A DNA stretch of 64,000 nucleotides from a virus. Taxonomy: Duplodnaviria > Heunggongvirae > Uroviricota > Caudoviricetes. Where the stretch lies: positions 108,218-172,217 of the IMG/VR virus record IMGVR_UViG_3300032205_000001; one strand, written 5' to 3'. The first letter of the stretch is position 1; the number at the start of each line of letters is the position of its first letter. The notes beneath the pieces were generated by a model that had not been told where the DNA came from, made no database searches, and saw only the letters and a program-made list of their open reading frames with translations. The translations under genes and the position numbers were made by a program. This document shows, piece after piece, positions 40,869-50,271 of this stretch.

Positions 40869-41147
40869 ATGTTTGGATGGCTACGCGAGAAACGAGCGAA
40901 GAAAATGCGTGCATCACTAGCGGATGCGCTACTCGCTCAGGCGGCTGCTTCGCTGCAGGGCGGTAGTAGGTTCCAGTTTCGCGTGGAGGCCATCGGCGGA
41001 GAGTCGGAGCTGAAGCGGTTCGTGGTCAAGCTGTCGACGGTCGTTGGCTACAATGTTTGGGCCAACTGCGGTCACGGTCTAGTTACGGTGTACAGCAACG
41101 ACACGGTTGAGAATTCCAAGATCGTTATCGCCACTGTGAGCATGTAA
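40869..41147 (+). CDS. hypothetical protein
   Basis: 92-aa ORF. Confidence 0.65.
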   Translation: MFGWLREKRAKKMRASLADALLAQAAASLQGGSRFQFRVEAIGGESELKRFVVKLSTVVGYNVWANCGHGLVTVYSNDTVENSKIVIATVSM

Positions 41148-41491
41148 TGTCCTATCTGGCCATCAAGAGAAACAAGTTCCTTGTTCGACCGGATGGCTCG
41201 GTTGAGTTGAGGGTGGAGCTACTTAGCGATCTGTCTTCGGAGCCGAGGATTTGGCTTCAGTGTGCGTCGTGTGGCGATGAACTTGTGGAGTGGTCGGATA
41301 GGAAGTTGTTTGCCTGCCCGGAGTGTGGCCACGAAATCACGTTTCCTGAGATTGATGTGCTCGGGAAAAAGACGGCGACGGTTCTCTGCGAACGATTTGG
41401 CCTACCTGAGGGCTACAAAAAGAAGGGACTTCTATGGCGCTTTCTCGGCTTGTTCGGAAGCAAAAAAAGACTTCCAGCGCCAAAGAGCTGA
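41147..41491 (+). CDS. zinc-ribbon protein
   Basis: CASC...CPEC. Confidence 0.7.
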   Translation: MSYLAIKRNKFLVRPDGSVELRVELLSDLSSEPRIWLQCASCGDELVEWSDRKLFACPECGHEITFPEIDVLGKKTATVLCERFGLPEGYKKKGLLWRFLGLFGSKKRLPAPKS

Positions 41492-42336
41492 TCGAGGCCG
41501 CTATGCGGCAGGCTGTCGGCGAAATGGCGCCGATGAGGCCGGACGATTGGATTCGTATATCCAGTCTTGGTGCCCTATGCCCACGCGAGCAGGTACTTCG
41601 TGCTCGATTCAACGTACCCAAAAAGGTTGGCATCAGCCCAGATCTCGGGTTCACGTTCGAGTTCGGTCACGACGTCCACTACATGATGCAGAACAAAGTC
41701 ATGCCAGCGACAGGCAAGATTGTTGGCTCATGGCGCTGCGTCTGGTGCGGCGAGGTTTACGGGTCTATTCGTGGCGAGGGCCTGGTTCCGCGCCCAGATC
41801 GATGTATCCGCTGTGGTGGCATTGCCGGCGAGCAGACGAGAGTCAACAACAGACCCATCGAACACGAGAGGTCGGAGTCGTTTGTGTTCGTTGAGGAGTG
41901 GGTTGGAAACTACGAGCACATGATTGGCGGCTCGCCAGACGGCTATTTTGTCGATGGAGATCCCAAGTCGTTTACACCAAACGATGTGGTGATCTTGGAA
42001 TTCAAGGGCGCTGCAGACGGCACCTATGTGAAGTTCGAGAAGGCGCCAGACTTCATGCACGTAATTCAATCCCAGTGTTACATGTGGATCACTGGGTTCA
42101 AGCGCACGAAGATCATCTACATCAACAAGGGCAACACCGGGTTGGACGGCATCGCTGAGCACGATGTGGTGTATGATCCAGAAACCATCACCATGGTGAC
42201 GAACGCAGTCAAGGAAATCAGGACCGGGCTGGCTGGCGGCCCTGTGCCGAGGCGTGAGGCCTGTGGCGATCCTGGATGTCCTAGGGCCAAAGCCTGTGAT
42301 GTTTCGAAGCAATGCTTCTCTGGAGACTTCAAATGA
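41434..42336 (+). CDS. Cas4-like PD-(D/E)xK exonuclease
   Basis: C at N terminus, GHDVH, GSPDG, LEFK, QSQCY, C-terminal C..C...C. Confidence 0.8.
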   Translation: MALSRLVRKQKKTSSAKELIEAAMRQAVGEMAPMRPDDWIRISSLGALCPREQVLRARFNVPKKVGISPDLGFTFEFGHDVHYMMQNKVMPATGKIVGSWRCVWCGEVYGSIRGEGLVPRPDRCIRCGGIAGEQTRVNNRPIEHERSESFVFVEEWVGNYEHMIGGSPDGYFVDGDPKSFTPNDVVILEFKGAADGTYVKFEKAPDFMHVIQSQCYMWITGFKRTKIIYINKGNTGLDGIAEHDVVYDPETITMVTNAVKEIRTGLAGGPVPRREACGDPGCPRAKACDVSKQCFSGDFK

Positions 42337-42692
42337 AGAAGCCGATCATCATAGACTCTGAGTGGATTAGGCCGATGGACGCTGGTTCGTCCGCCAAGAT
42401 CTGCATCGCCTGTTCGATGGAAAGCGCCCGTTGGAGCGTTGGGAAGCCACCTAACACCTATCTGACTTGTGCGCGTTGTTTTCTCTATACGAGCCCATGG
42501 GGGAAGTCGAACAAGGAGAAAATTGCCTCATTCGTTGCTGAGGTCCAAGAAGTGCTTGGCCGCAAGATTGAGGACGATGGCTTTGTTCGGCACGGAGAAG
42601 CGGACAGGATCCTGTCGTCTATTGTTGCGGTTTCTGGAATCGCTCGCGTGAGGGCTCAAAGAAGGCTTAGGAATGAAAGTCCTGGCTCTTGA
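42333..42692 (+). CDS. hypothetical zinc-binding protein
   Basis: CIAC...CARC. Confidence 0.65.
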   Translation: MKKPIIIDSEWIRPMDAGSSAKICIACSMESARWSVGKPPNTYLTCARCFLYTSPWGKSNKEKIASFVAEVQEVLGRKIEDDGFVRHGEADRILSSIVAVSGIARVRAQRRLRNESPGS

Positions 42693-43317
42693 TCTAAGTC
42701 TCAAGGGAACTGGAATCTGTGTCCTCGAAGGTGAGCTTGGTTCGAAGCCAGCCATGCGGACAGAGAGATTCCCGCAACCAGAGGTCAAGACGGTCGAAGA
42801 CAGGATCAAGCGTCTTGAGGCCATCGCTGAGCACATTGTCCAGCTGATGGACGGCGAGCGCCCAGACCACGTGATCATCGAAGCGCCGGCCAAGAATCAA
42901 ATGTGGCAGGCGGCGGCCATTGGCGAGGTCCACGGCGTCGTCAAGCTGCAGATCTATCTGGCTACGAAGAAGATCCCGATGGTCAAGGAGGCCTCCGAGA
43001 TGCGGAAGGTTGTCGTCGGGAAAATCGAGAGAAAGATGGTTCCGGTCGTCGACCGGAAGGGAAAGGTCAAGAAGCAGGCGTCCTACGGTCAAATTGATGG
43101 CAAACGGGGAAAGAAGCGAGCGACCATCAAGGATGTCATTGAAATGCGCCTAGCCGAGCTGGGGCTGCACTTTTCTACCCAGGACGAAATGGACGCCTAT
43201 GTCGCTGCCAAGTACTGCTGGGATAAGGTTAGCCCCACAGAGCAGGGCAGTTTTGATGACCCAAAAGAGACGCAGAATGACCGGGCAAAACCAGGTTCTG
43301 ATCAGCGGCTACGTTGA
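42673..43317 (+). CDS. RuvC-like resolvase
   Basis: VLALDLS..GTG; VIIE; DEMDA. Confidence 0.85.
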   Translation: MKVLALDLSLKGTGICVLEGELGSKPAMRTERFPQPEVKTVEDRIKRLEAIAEHIVQLMDGERPDHVIIEAPAKNQMWQAAAIGEVHGVVKLQIYLATKKIPMVKEASEMRKVVVGKIERKMVPVVDRKGKVKKQASYGQIDGKRGKKRATIKDVIEMRLAELGLHFSTQDEMDAYVAAKYCWDKVSPTEQGSFDDPKETQNDRAKPGSDQRLR

Positions 43318-43612
43318 ATCTCGTGTGCTTGCTGGGAAGACCGGGGACGGCGGAGAAGCCTGTTCCTTTACAGTTGCATCTGGAGATAGCGGGCAGAAGA
43401 CCACCCACGTGAGAATCAATGCGTACGGATCGATCGCTGAACAATGTGAACAGGAGAGCAGAGTCGGCGTGTACTGCGTGATCTTCGGCGAGTTGATGAA
43501 TCGACCGGGGAAGTTCGGTAAGCTTACCGAGATTAGAGCCAAAAAAGTGGAGTTCGTCTCCGACGTTGACAATGGAGCCCAAGGAGATTCAGATGCCGGA
43601 CCCGAAGACTGA
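43277..43612 (+). CDS. ssb: SSB-family OB-fold protein
   Basis: NQVLISG...FTVA...INAYG..AE...VIFGEL. Confidence 0.7.
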   Translation: MTGQNQVLISGYVESRVLAGKTGDGGEACSFTVASGDSGQKTTHVRINAYGSIAEQCEQESRVGVYCVIFGELMNRPGKFGKLTEIRAKKVEFVSDVDNGAQGDSDAGPED

Positions 43613-43736
43613 AAAGAAGCACGAAGCACCAGGTTGTGGATCCTGTGGTGACAAGCGAGTCATGCTTTCGGAGGAGAAAAACTCTCCACCGAGGTGTGCT
43701 GGCTGTGGTAAGCCTGTTCCCCGACCGAAGACCTGA
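43593..43736 (+). CDS. small zinc-finger protein (47 aa)
   Basis: Manual translation CGSC...CAGC; SD AAGGAG. Confidence 0.55.
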   Translation: MPDPKTEKKHEAPGCGSCGDKRVMLSEEKNSPPRCAGCGKPVPRPKT

Positions 43737-43752
43737 AACAGGGGGAATCTAA

Positions 43753-44727
43753 ATGGGCACGACCCTTCGAGTAGTTGGCAATGGCGAGAAAAAGATCGTT
43801 GGTTCGGATGCTTCGAAGCCGTCCGAAGAAGATCTTCTCAAGGCAGAGAACCAACTACGCGAAGAGGCTCGATCTCTGGTCCAGGAAATCGACCGGAAGT
43901 ATTGGGATCTTGGTCGCGTCCTGTTCGAGGTCTATGACGGCGTGCCGGGCGGTTACCGTGCCCTGATGAGCGGCGCTGGATCCAAGCAGGATCGTAAGGC
44001 GTTGTTCGAGAAGTGGGGCTACAAGAACTTCGGCGAGTACTGCGAAAACGAAGTTGGCCTTCGTAAGCGGACTGCCGAGAACCTCCGGTACGCCTACTAC
44101 TACTTCACGATCCAGCAGGAGATGCCCGAGTCGGTCATCGACCAGCTGGTCTCGATCGGCCGCTCGAAGGTTTACCTGCTCGCCGGCATGGCGACCAAGA
44201 GCAGTATCGCCTTGTGGCTTGAGAAGGCCAAGGAGCTGACCTTCGAAGATCTGAAGAAGTCCATCAAGTCGGCCAAGGCAGTTGCCGCTGGCAAGAGTGA
44301 AGATTCCGAGGAGAGAGACTCGACTCCTCCCAGGTCGACGGCGACGGTGCCCGACGAGGATGAGTCCGACGAAGAGTCAAACAGCGAGAAGTACGACACC
44401 AAGGATCTTCCGAAGCCAGACGAGTGGCACACGATCACCGGCAACATGGTGGACTCGCAGTACGAGGTCTACCAGGCGGCGCTAAAGCGGGCCTCTGGAA
44501 TCACCAGCTCGGACAAGGTTGGCTACAACCTGGACTTCATCTGCCAGGACTTCCTCGCCAACAACAATTTCTCGAACGTCAAAGAGAAGGATCGTAGCGC
44601 CTATCTGAACAAGATGGAGCGCAGGCTCGGTGTCCTCCTGATCGCGATTGATCCGAACACTGGCAAGCCGATTCATGGCCGTGACCTTCTCTGGCGGATG
44701 ATCGAGGAAAGCAAGTCGGAGAAGTAA
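43753..44727 (+). CDS. hypothetical protein
   Basis: 324-aa ORF. Confidence 0.8.
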   Translation: MGTTLRVVGNGEKKIVGSDASKPSEEDLLKAENQLREEARSLVQEIDRKYWDLGRVLFEVYDGVPGGYRALMSGAGSKQDRKALFEKWGYKNFGEYCENEVGLRKRTAENLRYAYYYFTIQQEMPESVIDQLVSIGRSKVYLLAGMATKSSIALWLEKAKELTFEDLKKSIKSAKAVAAGKSEDSEERDSTPPRSTATVPDEDESDEESNSEKYDTKDLPKPDEWHTITGNMVDSQYEVYQAALKRASGITSSDKVGYNLDFICQDFLANNNFSNVKEKDRSAYLNKMERRLGVLLIAIDPNTGKPIHGRDLLWRMIEESKSEK

Positions 44728-45197
44728 TGGGCTTCGGCAAGAAGAAGAGACAGATCCGAGAAGCAGTCGAGAAGTGGGGTTGCTTCGGCTTCTTTGGCTA
44801 CGGCCAGGGAAGGGCTGTGGCCGAATTCGGCCAGAAGGTGATGGACGGAAAATCCGCCTGTTTTGATTTTTGCACGCGCGCAAGTGCTTGCAGAGATCAG
44901 CACCACGAGGCCATGAACAAGCGCTACCCACAGCTTGCCCAGCTCGTCGAGAGCACGGCCAGAATCGCGACGCTCCGCAAGTTGGACGTTGTGAAGGAAG
45001 TCGTCGAGGCGATGAACAACGCCGTCGAGATGAAGATGGATGAGGCGCTTGAAGTTCAGCAGTCTCTCACTAAGTTCAAGATCAACACGATGACGGACCA
45101 CTTCCGGGTAGGCCAATTCGAGAACATCCAGGATGGTCTCGACAGAAAAACGCCTGGATCTAGTGCGCCGTCGACGTCTTTGATCAAAGCTTCTTAG
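44727..45197 (+). CDS. hypothetical protein
   Basis: TAATG-coupled. Confidence 0.75.
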   Translation: MGFGKKKRQIREAVEKWGCFGFFGYGQGRAVAEFGQKVMDGKSACFDFCTRASACRDQHHEAMNKRYPQLAQLVESTARIATLRKLDVVKEVVEAMNNAVEMKMDEALEVQQSLTKFKINTMTDHFRVGQFENIQDGLDRKTPGSSAPSTSLIKAS

Positions 45198-45205
45198 GAG
45201 GGACT

Positions 45206-45673
45206 ATGGCTCGCATCTATCAGGCTCTGCAGCGTCAGAGTGACAAACGCTGGGATATGACAGTTTCCTCTGATGAGGAAGGCTGGGCCCATGCCGAGGG
45301 ATACTGCGCAGGCTGGCGTGGAGATCCCGACGAAGCCGAAAAAGAACGCCTCAACAAGATGTTCGGCGAAGGCTTCTCAGATCGCCTCCAGGCTGACTGG
45401 GATGCGAAGCGCGAGTTCAAGGACAAGTTCCACACCGACGGTCACGCAACCAGCGCCGAGGCGTATGACTGCTACAGGCAGTACGAGCTGGATTGCGAGC
45501 TTCGTTTTTGGGAGAGCAAGTCCGAGCAGCGGAAGTGCCAGGTCTGCGAAACGTGGACTACGCACCGAGCAGAACTTGGGCATGGATGCTCTCGCGAGTT
45601 CATCGTGTGCCCAGAGCATTCGACGAAAGACCAGATCAAAACCCTGATGGAGAGAAAAGATGTCGCTCGTTGA
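45206..45673 (+). CDS. hypothetical protein
   Basis: SD GGAGG; Cys/His motifs. Confidence 0.75.
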   Translation: MARIYQALQRQSDKRWDMTVSSDEEGWAHAEGYCAGWRGDPDEAEKERLNKMFGEGFSDRLQADWDAKREFKDKFHTDGHATSAEAYDCYRQYELDCELRFWESKSEQRKCQVCETWTTHRAELGHGCSREFIVCPEHSTKDQIKTLMERKDVAR

Positions 45674-46229
45674 TCTGAACGGAATGCCCGTTGGGCAGGT
45701 TGGTCGTAGCAAGATTACCGACAAGAACGGGATCAACTACGAGGACATGAATCGCCTCTACGAGGTCATTCTCCAACGCCTCAAGACCAACCGCAAAGAG
45801 GGGGCGATTCATCGTCGTATCCACATCTCGATGCAGAAGGTCGAGTCGGCCATCGCCTTCTGGAAGAAGATCTACTTCGAGAACACCATCGAGGGCCGCT
45901 TCATGAACGGCATCGAGGCCTACGAGCTTGGCGACCCAGTGAAGACGCCCGGTGTGAAGTGCGACAAGGGTCCGTACATCGCCATGTGCAACCTGATGGC
46001 GCTGGAAGCGATCAGGATGATGGGTGACGAGATGCCGACTGCCGAGAAGGCAGAGCTGCTGGCCTTCGCCTCCGACCGCGAGAAGGAGATCTCGGCCTTT
46101 TGGAAGGAAGTCTTCGCTCCAACGGTCTTCATGGCCGAATGGTCGTGGAAGGCTGTCCTGGCTGTTCTCGTCGGGAATCCTGCGGCGATCTCTGAGATCT
46201 TGGATAACTACCAAGTACAACTGCCGTAA
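45660..46229 (+). CDS. hypothetical protein
   Basis: 189-aa ORF. Confidence 0.75.
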   Translation: MSLVDLNGMPVGQVGRSKITDKNGINYEDMNRLYEVILQRLKTNRKEGAIHRRIHISMQKVESAIAFWKKIYFENTIEGRFMNGIEAYELGDPVKTPGVKCDKGPYIAMCNLMALEAIRMMGDEMPTAEKAELLAFASDREKEISAFWKEVFAPTVFMAEWSWKAVLAVLVGNPAAISEILDNYQVQLP

Positions 46230-46341
46230 TCGGAGAAGCTTAGGTCGGAAGCCGCCTTACATGCCGTAAGGCGGATTTTTTGTGCCCGAATGCTTACGTA
46301 AATATTTGCGCGATTGATCGATTCATTGTATTTCCCTGGGA

Positions 46342-47118
46342 ATGGGGGAAGCCATTCCTGAGAAAAGGAAGAGGTCCCGTTGGACCTCAGACGAGGAAGA
46401 CCTTCTGCGTAAGCTGTGGGGCACGCAGAGGGACTCAGAGATCGCCGACAACCTTGGCAAAACGCTGAAGGCGGTTCGATCTAAGGCCACAGAGATGAAC
46501 GTTCGCGCCGAGAAGGGGCGGCGCACCGTTTGTAGATCCGGCAGGATCGCCTTTCCGTGGACCCAGGAAGAAGATCTGGTTCTCATCAAGAACGTCGGCC
46601 ACCTGAGTATCTTCGAGCTGCTTGAGCTGCTCCCTCGCCGGAACAGGCTCGCAATCGAGCGTCGGTGCTATGAGCTTGGTTTTTCGCCAACGCAAGGGAC
46701 GCACACCAGGCTGCAGATTGAGCGCGAAACGGGATACGACTGGCGACAGATCCAGCGTGCTCGTGATGCGCTCGGGCAGACCTGGAAGCGCTATGGCGTT
46801 CGCAAGTACATGATTACGTTTGATCAAGTTCAAGACATCATCGAGTACTTAAAGAACGAAACGAGGAAGTGGTCCCTCCACTACGATCTCGACTGCTGCC
46901 GTTTGTGTGGCGTGTCTGGCAACGAGGAGCGCACCAGGCACTCTGGCGACGGCCTGTGCAAGCGCTGCTGGGATTTCCGTCGGCACGGTAGGAGCCAGAT
47001 CGTCGACGCCCTGAAGAAGGGCAAGATGATGCTCCTCACTGAGGAGACGTGGCACGCCTACGTTCGTGATGAACCTCAGGTCGTTCCAGAGGAAACCATC
47101 ACCGCAGCGGCCAGTTAG
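46342..47118 (+). CDS. protein with Myb/SANT-like HTH repeats and a zinc finger
   Basis: RWTSDEEDLLRK and PWTQEEDLVL repeats; CRLC...CKRC. Confidence 0.7.
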   Translation: MGEAIPEKRKRSRWTSDEEDLLRKLWGTQRDSEIADNLGKTLKAVRSKATEMNVRAEKGRRTVCRSGRIAFPWTQEEDLVLIKNVGHLSIFELLELLPRRNRLAIERRCYELGFSPTQGTHTRLQIERETGYDWRQIQRARDALGQTWKRYGVRKYMITFDQVQDIIEYLKNETRKWSLHYDLDCCRLCGVSGNEERTRHSGDGLCKRCWDFRRHGRSQIVDALKKGKMMLLTEETWHAYVRDEPQVVPEETITAAAS

Positions 47119-47155
47119 TCTGGCTTATCTACAGCTGGATAGATAGGATGCGGGC

Positions 47156-47371
47156 ATGACAATGAAGATCAGGCCCGATACGGTGCGCAGCGAGATCGAG
47201 CAAGTGCTCGCAATCCTTGCTGGATGGAAAGAAAGGCTAGATGCTGGTATTCCAGGGGATGAAATGCCTGGTAACGAGCTGAACGTCGAGATCTTCCAGT
47301 TCCAGTTCCGAGGTGAAATTCAGCTCGCTGCCGAACGGCTGCTGGCCATTGTCGAGGTTCTTGAAGGATGA
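47156..47371 (+). CDS. hypothetical protein
   Basis: 71-aa ORF. Confidence 0.6.
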   Translation: MTMKIRPDTVRSEIEQVLAILAGWKERLDAGIPGDEMPGNELNVEIFQFQFRGEIQLAAERLLAIVEVLEG

Positions 47372-48126
47372 GCGATCTAGATATCGAACGTATCGAAGTG
47401 GATCCTGCGGACCTCGTAGGTGCCGAATGGAACCCCAACGAGATGGGGGAAAACGAGTTCAACCTCCTGAAGGAGCAGATCAGGGAGGTTGGGTTCATTG
47501 ACCCGCCAACAGTCGTCGAGGTCGAGAACCAGAAGGGCAACCGTTTCTATCGAATCATTGGCGGTCACCATCGCGTGGCAGCAGCCAAGGAAGTCGGCTT
47601 GCCGAAGATTCCCGTCGACCTTCTCAAAGGTGACCGCTGGAAGGATGAGGATCTCCAGAAGCTGCAGACCGTTCGCATGAACGTGCTGCACGGCAAGATG
47701 AACCCAGAGAAGATGGTCGCGCTCTACAACGAGATGGCGACCAAGTACGGACCAGCCGTCACCAAGATGCTTGGGTACACGAGCGACCAAGGCATCAAGA
47801 AGATGATCAAGGCCGTCTCTGCCGAGCTGGCGAAGGGCCTTCCACCGGACTTGTCTGCGCAGTTTCAAGAGCAGGCGAAGGAGGCCAAGACCGTCGACGA
47901 TCTGGAGAAAATCATCCAGAAGCTGATGCAGGAGAGCGGCGACTCGGCGAAGTACGGCTTCGTTGTGTTCGCGTGGGGCGGCAAGGAGCATATCTACGTC
48001 GCTATGTCCGACAAGACCAGGGAAGCGATGAAGCGCATTGTTCGCGCTACTCGTTCAAAGAAGGTCGACATCAACGAGCTGATCGAAGAAGCCGTTGTTG
48101 ATGCAGCTCGGAATCTGGAGTTCTAA
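47368..48126 (+). CDS. ParB-like N-terminal domain protein
   Basis: WNPNEM...GFIDPP...IIGGHHRV.AA. Confidence 0.85.
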   Translation: MSDLDIERIEVDPADLVGAEWNPNEMGENEFNLLKEQIREVGFIDPPTVVEVENQKGNRFYRIIGGHHRVAAAKEVGLPKIPVDLLKGDRWKDEDLQKLQTVRMNVLHGKMNPEKMVALYNEMATKYGPAVTKMLGYTSDQGIKKMIKAVSAELAKGLPPDLSAQFQEQAKEAKTVDDLEKIIQKLMQESGDSAKYGFVVFAWGGKEHIYVAMSDKTREAMKRIVRATRSKKVDINELIEEAVVDAARNLEF

Positions 48127-48423
48127 ATGGACCCGTCCAAGCCACAGCTTCTGCCAGACGACGTTGTAGGCGACACGCGCCGAATCCGTATCGTCAGCAT
48201 CGATCCTTCTACGGGAAGGGATAAATCGATCGTAGGAGAGGCCTGGCAGGACACGGACGGGAATCTGCACGGAACCGGCATTGCTGCAGTCATGCTGTTT
48301 CAGCCAGCAGCACAGGACAAGTACAGGACTTCGTCGGTGGCGGCCGATCTGTCTCCGCTTTCTGTTCTGTACGCGCGCATTGCACGAACGTCGTTTCTCA
48401 GAGTGGAGATCATTGAACCATGA
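48127..48423 (+). CDS. hypothetical protein
   Basis: 98-aa ORF. Confidence 0.65.
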   Translation: MDPSKPQLLPDDVVGDTRRIRIVSIDPSTGRDKSIVGEAWQDTDGNLHGTGIAAVMLFQPAAQDKYRTSSVAADLSPLSVLYARIARTSFLRVEIIEP

Positions 48424-50027
48424 GCGACGACTTTGGCGAAGCGCTTACTCGGGTGATCAAGAAGGTTCAGCGCAACGGTAAGCCCGTCAAGCAGGCATTT
48501 CATGTGAGGCAGGCAGCTCCCGGCGATGAATACTCGGCGCTCAAGACTTCGGCGCTCAAGACTTCGCCGCAGAAGAATCCGAAGGCGACTCCGAGGCCAG
48601 CATCGCAAGATCCTCAAGCAGTACAAGATCCGGCGGCGCAGGACATCCCTCCTGAGGAGATGCAGCAACCGCCGGTCACCAGGATGACCGTCAGTTATTT
48701 TGAGCCGCCCTGGAAGAAGGACGAGGAAGAGGAGCAAGACCCAATTCCTCGTGCTCTGCGGAAGCGGTTCGACAAGGACAACAAAGCGGCCAATTTCATC
48801 AATCCTCAGGTCACTGGGATGCCGGTGATTAGCGTTGTGCCGACGGATAGGATTTTCTGGGGCGGTGACGAGCCGGATATTTTGCGGGCTCTGCGCCTTG
48901 GTTCTATTCGCAGGATGCGCCTCGTTGGTGACAACGGGATGATGGTCGTCAAGCTGGAAGCGATAGGCAGTGGTTCGTATGCAGTGTCAGCCGGTTCCTT
49001 CTATGCCTACATGTGGATGGAGTCGCTTCGCTGTCCGCTATTGAGACAGATCTGGGGAGATCTGATCGATTTCGGTGAGAACGGTACGCTATCAAAGCGC
49101 GCTGCCGCAGCATATGAAACGGCCAAAGCATGCGGACTTGACGATCTGACGCCGCCGACGGTTTACCGCCAGGACACCGAAGGTGATGTCCGAGCGATGC
49201 TTCCTGATTCGCTCATCGAACGTATCTCAACAGAATGGGTGTCTAGGCAGACCGGCAAGGATGCCGATACGGTTCGTAAGGAAATCAGCGGTCATGCCAC
49301 GGTGCAGCTAATTAGAGGCGAGCCGTGGCCTATTGAAGAAGAAGAATGGTTCAGCAACCTGTTCAAGGAGAGCGACCCTGATGCGCTGAATCAGATCTGG
49401 TCGTACCTTCCGCCAGAGCGTCGTGTCGCATTTTTGCGGCTGGCAGCCTTGGATTTCCTTGTTGGATCTCTGGATCGCTCCTACGGAGACATGGCGTTCT
49501 CTGATGACCCACGCCACCCAGTGATGGTGTTTGGCGGGGAAATGAGCTGTCCGTGTCCTCGAAAAATCGGCCTTGCCTACATTGGCGGAAATTATTCCGG
49601 TTATGCAGACCCACTAGATCCGACATCCGGTGGTCTGCCATTGCTCTGGAGCGAAGCCTCAACAATGCTCGCTACACAGGGAACAGACCAGGAAATCGCA
49701 GACTTTGAGGCCATTGGTATTTCTGTGGCTGACCGTATGAAAGACGACCGAGGATCTGAGCTAGCCAGGGCTTTGCTTGAGTATGGGTTGACGCCTTTGC
49801 AGATTGCTGGGATTCTGACTCGGATCTGGATGATGCAGACGTTCTCTAGGGACATTGCCAGGGATCCTTACTTCGCTGCGAGGTATTACGGTTCTGTTGT
49901 CTCTGGGAATCCAGATTCGCTGATGGAAGGATTGGCCGACTTCGCGAACAACGTTCTAAGCAAGGTGATGGTCAACCCGTTCGACTTCTATGAAGAAATG
50001 AAGAGAGACGATGCAGGCGATATCTGA
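48420..50027 (+). CDS. HipA/PI3K-like kinase-fold protein, probably degenerate
   Basis: AAAYETAKACGLDDLTPPT; DFLVGSLDRSYGD. Confidence 0.6.
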   Translation: MSDDFGEALTRVIKKVQRNGKPVKQAFHVRQAAPGDEYSALKTSALKTSPQKNPKATPRPASQDPQAVQDPAAQDIPPEEMQQPPVTRMTVSYFEPPWKKDEEEEQDPIPRALRKRFDKDNKAANFINPQVTGMPVISVVPTDRIFWGGDEPDILRALRLGSIRRMRLVGDNGMMVVKLEAIGSGSYAVSAGSFYAYMWMESLRCPLLRQIWGDLIDFGENGTLSKRAAAAYETAKACGLDDLTPPTVYRQDTEGDVRAMLPDSLIERISTEWVSRQTGKDADTVRKEISGHATVQLIRGEPWPIEEEEWFSNLFKESDPDALNQIWSYLPPERRVAFLRLAALDFLVGSLDRSYGDMAFSDDPRHPVMVFGGEMSCPCPRKIGLAYIGGNYSGYADPLDPTSGGLPLLWSEASTMLATQGTDQEIADFEAIGISVADRMKDDRGSELARALLEYGLTPLQIAGILTRIWMMQTFSRDIARDPYFAARYYGSVVSGNPDSLMEGLADFANNVLSKVMVNPFDFYEEMKRDDAGDI

Positions 50028-50271
50028 CAGACGGCGCATCAGGATCTATATGATGACCGTCGCTGACGGTAAGCCATCGCTGTCTCCGGCGGCAGATGCG
50101 TGGCAAGAGGCCGACGGAACCGTGATCGTCTCTGGGCTGTGGGGCGGTTTGCTTCCGTTTGCTCAGGAAGATAACGCTCTCTTGGCTACTCAGGCTGGTG
50201 TGTCACCGCTTGAGTGGCTTCGTATGCGGTTGGCGAATATGCCGACCGTATCGACGGAGGTCTTCGACTAA
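50011..50271 (+). CDS. hypothetical protein
   Basis: 86 aa; similar layout to 48127..48423. Confidence 0.6.
   Translation: MQAISDRRRIRIYMMTVADGKPSLSPAADAWQEADGTVIVSGLWGGLLPFAQEDNALLATQAGVSPLEWLRMRLANMPTVSTEVFD

Noticed and set aside
48535-48565. 15-bp tandem duplication (SALKT x2)
   Set aside because: A simple in-frame duplication in a disordered N terminus
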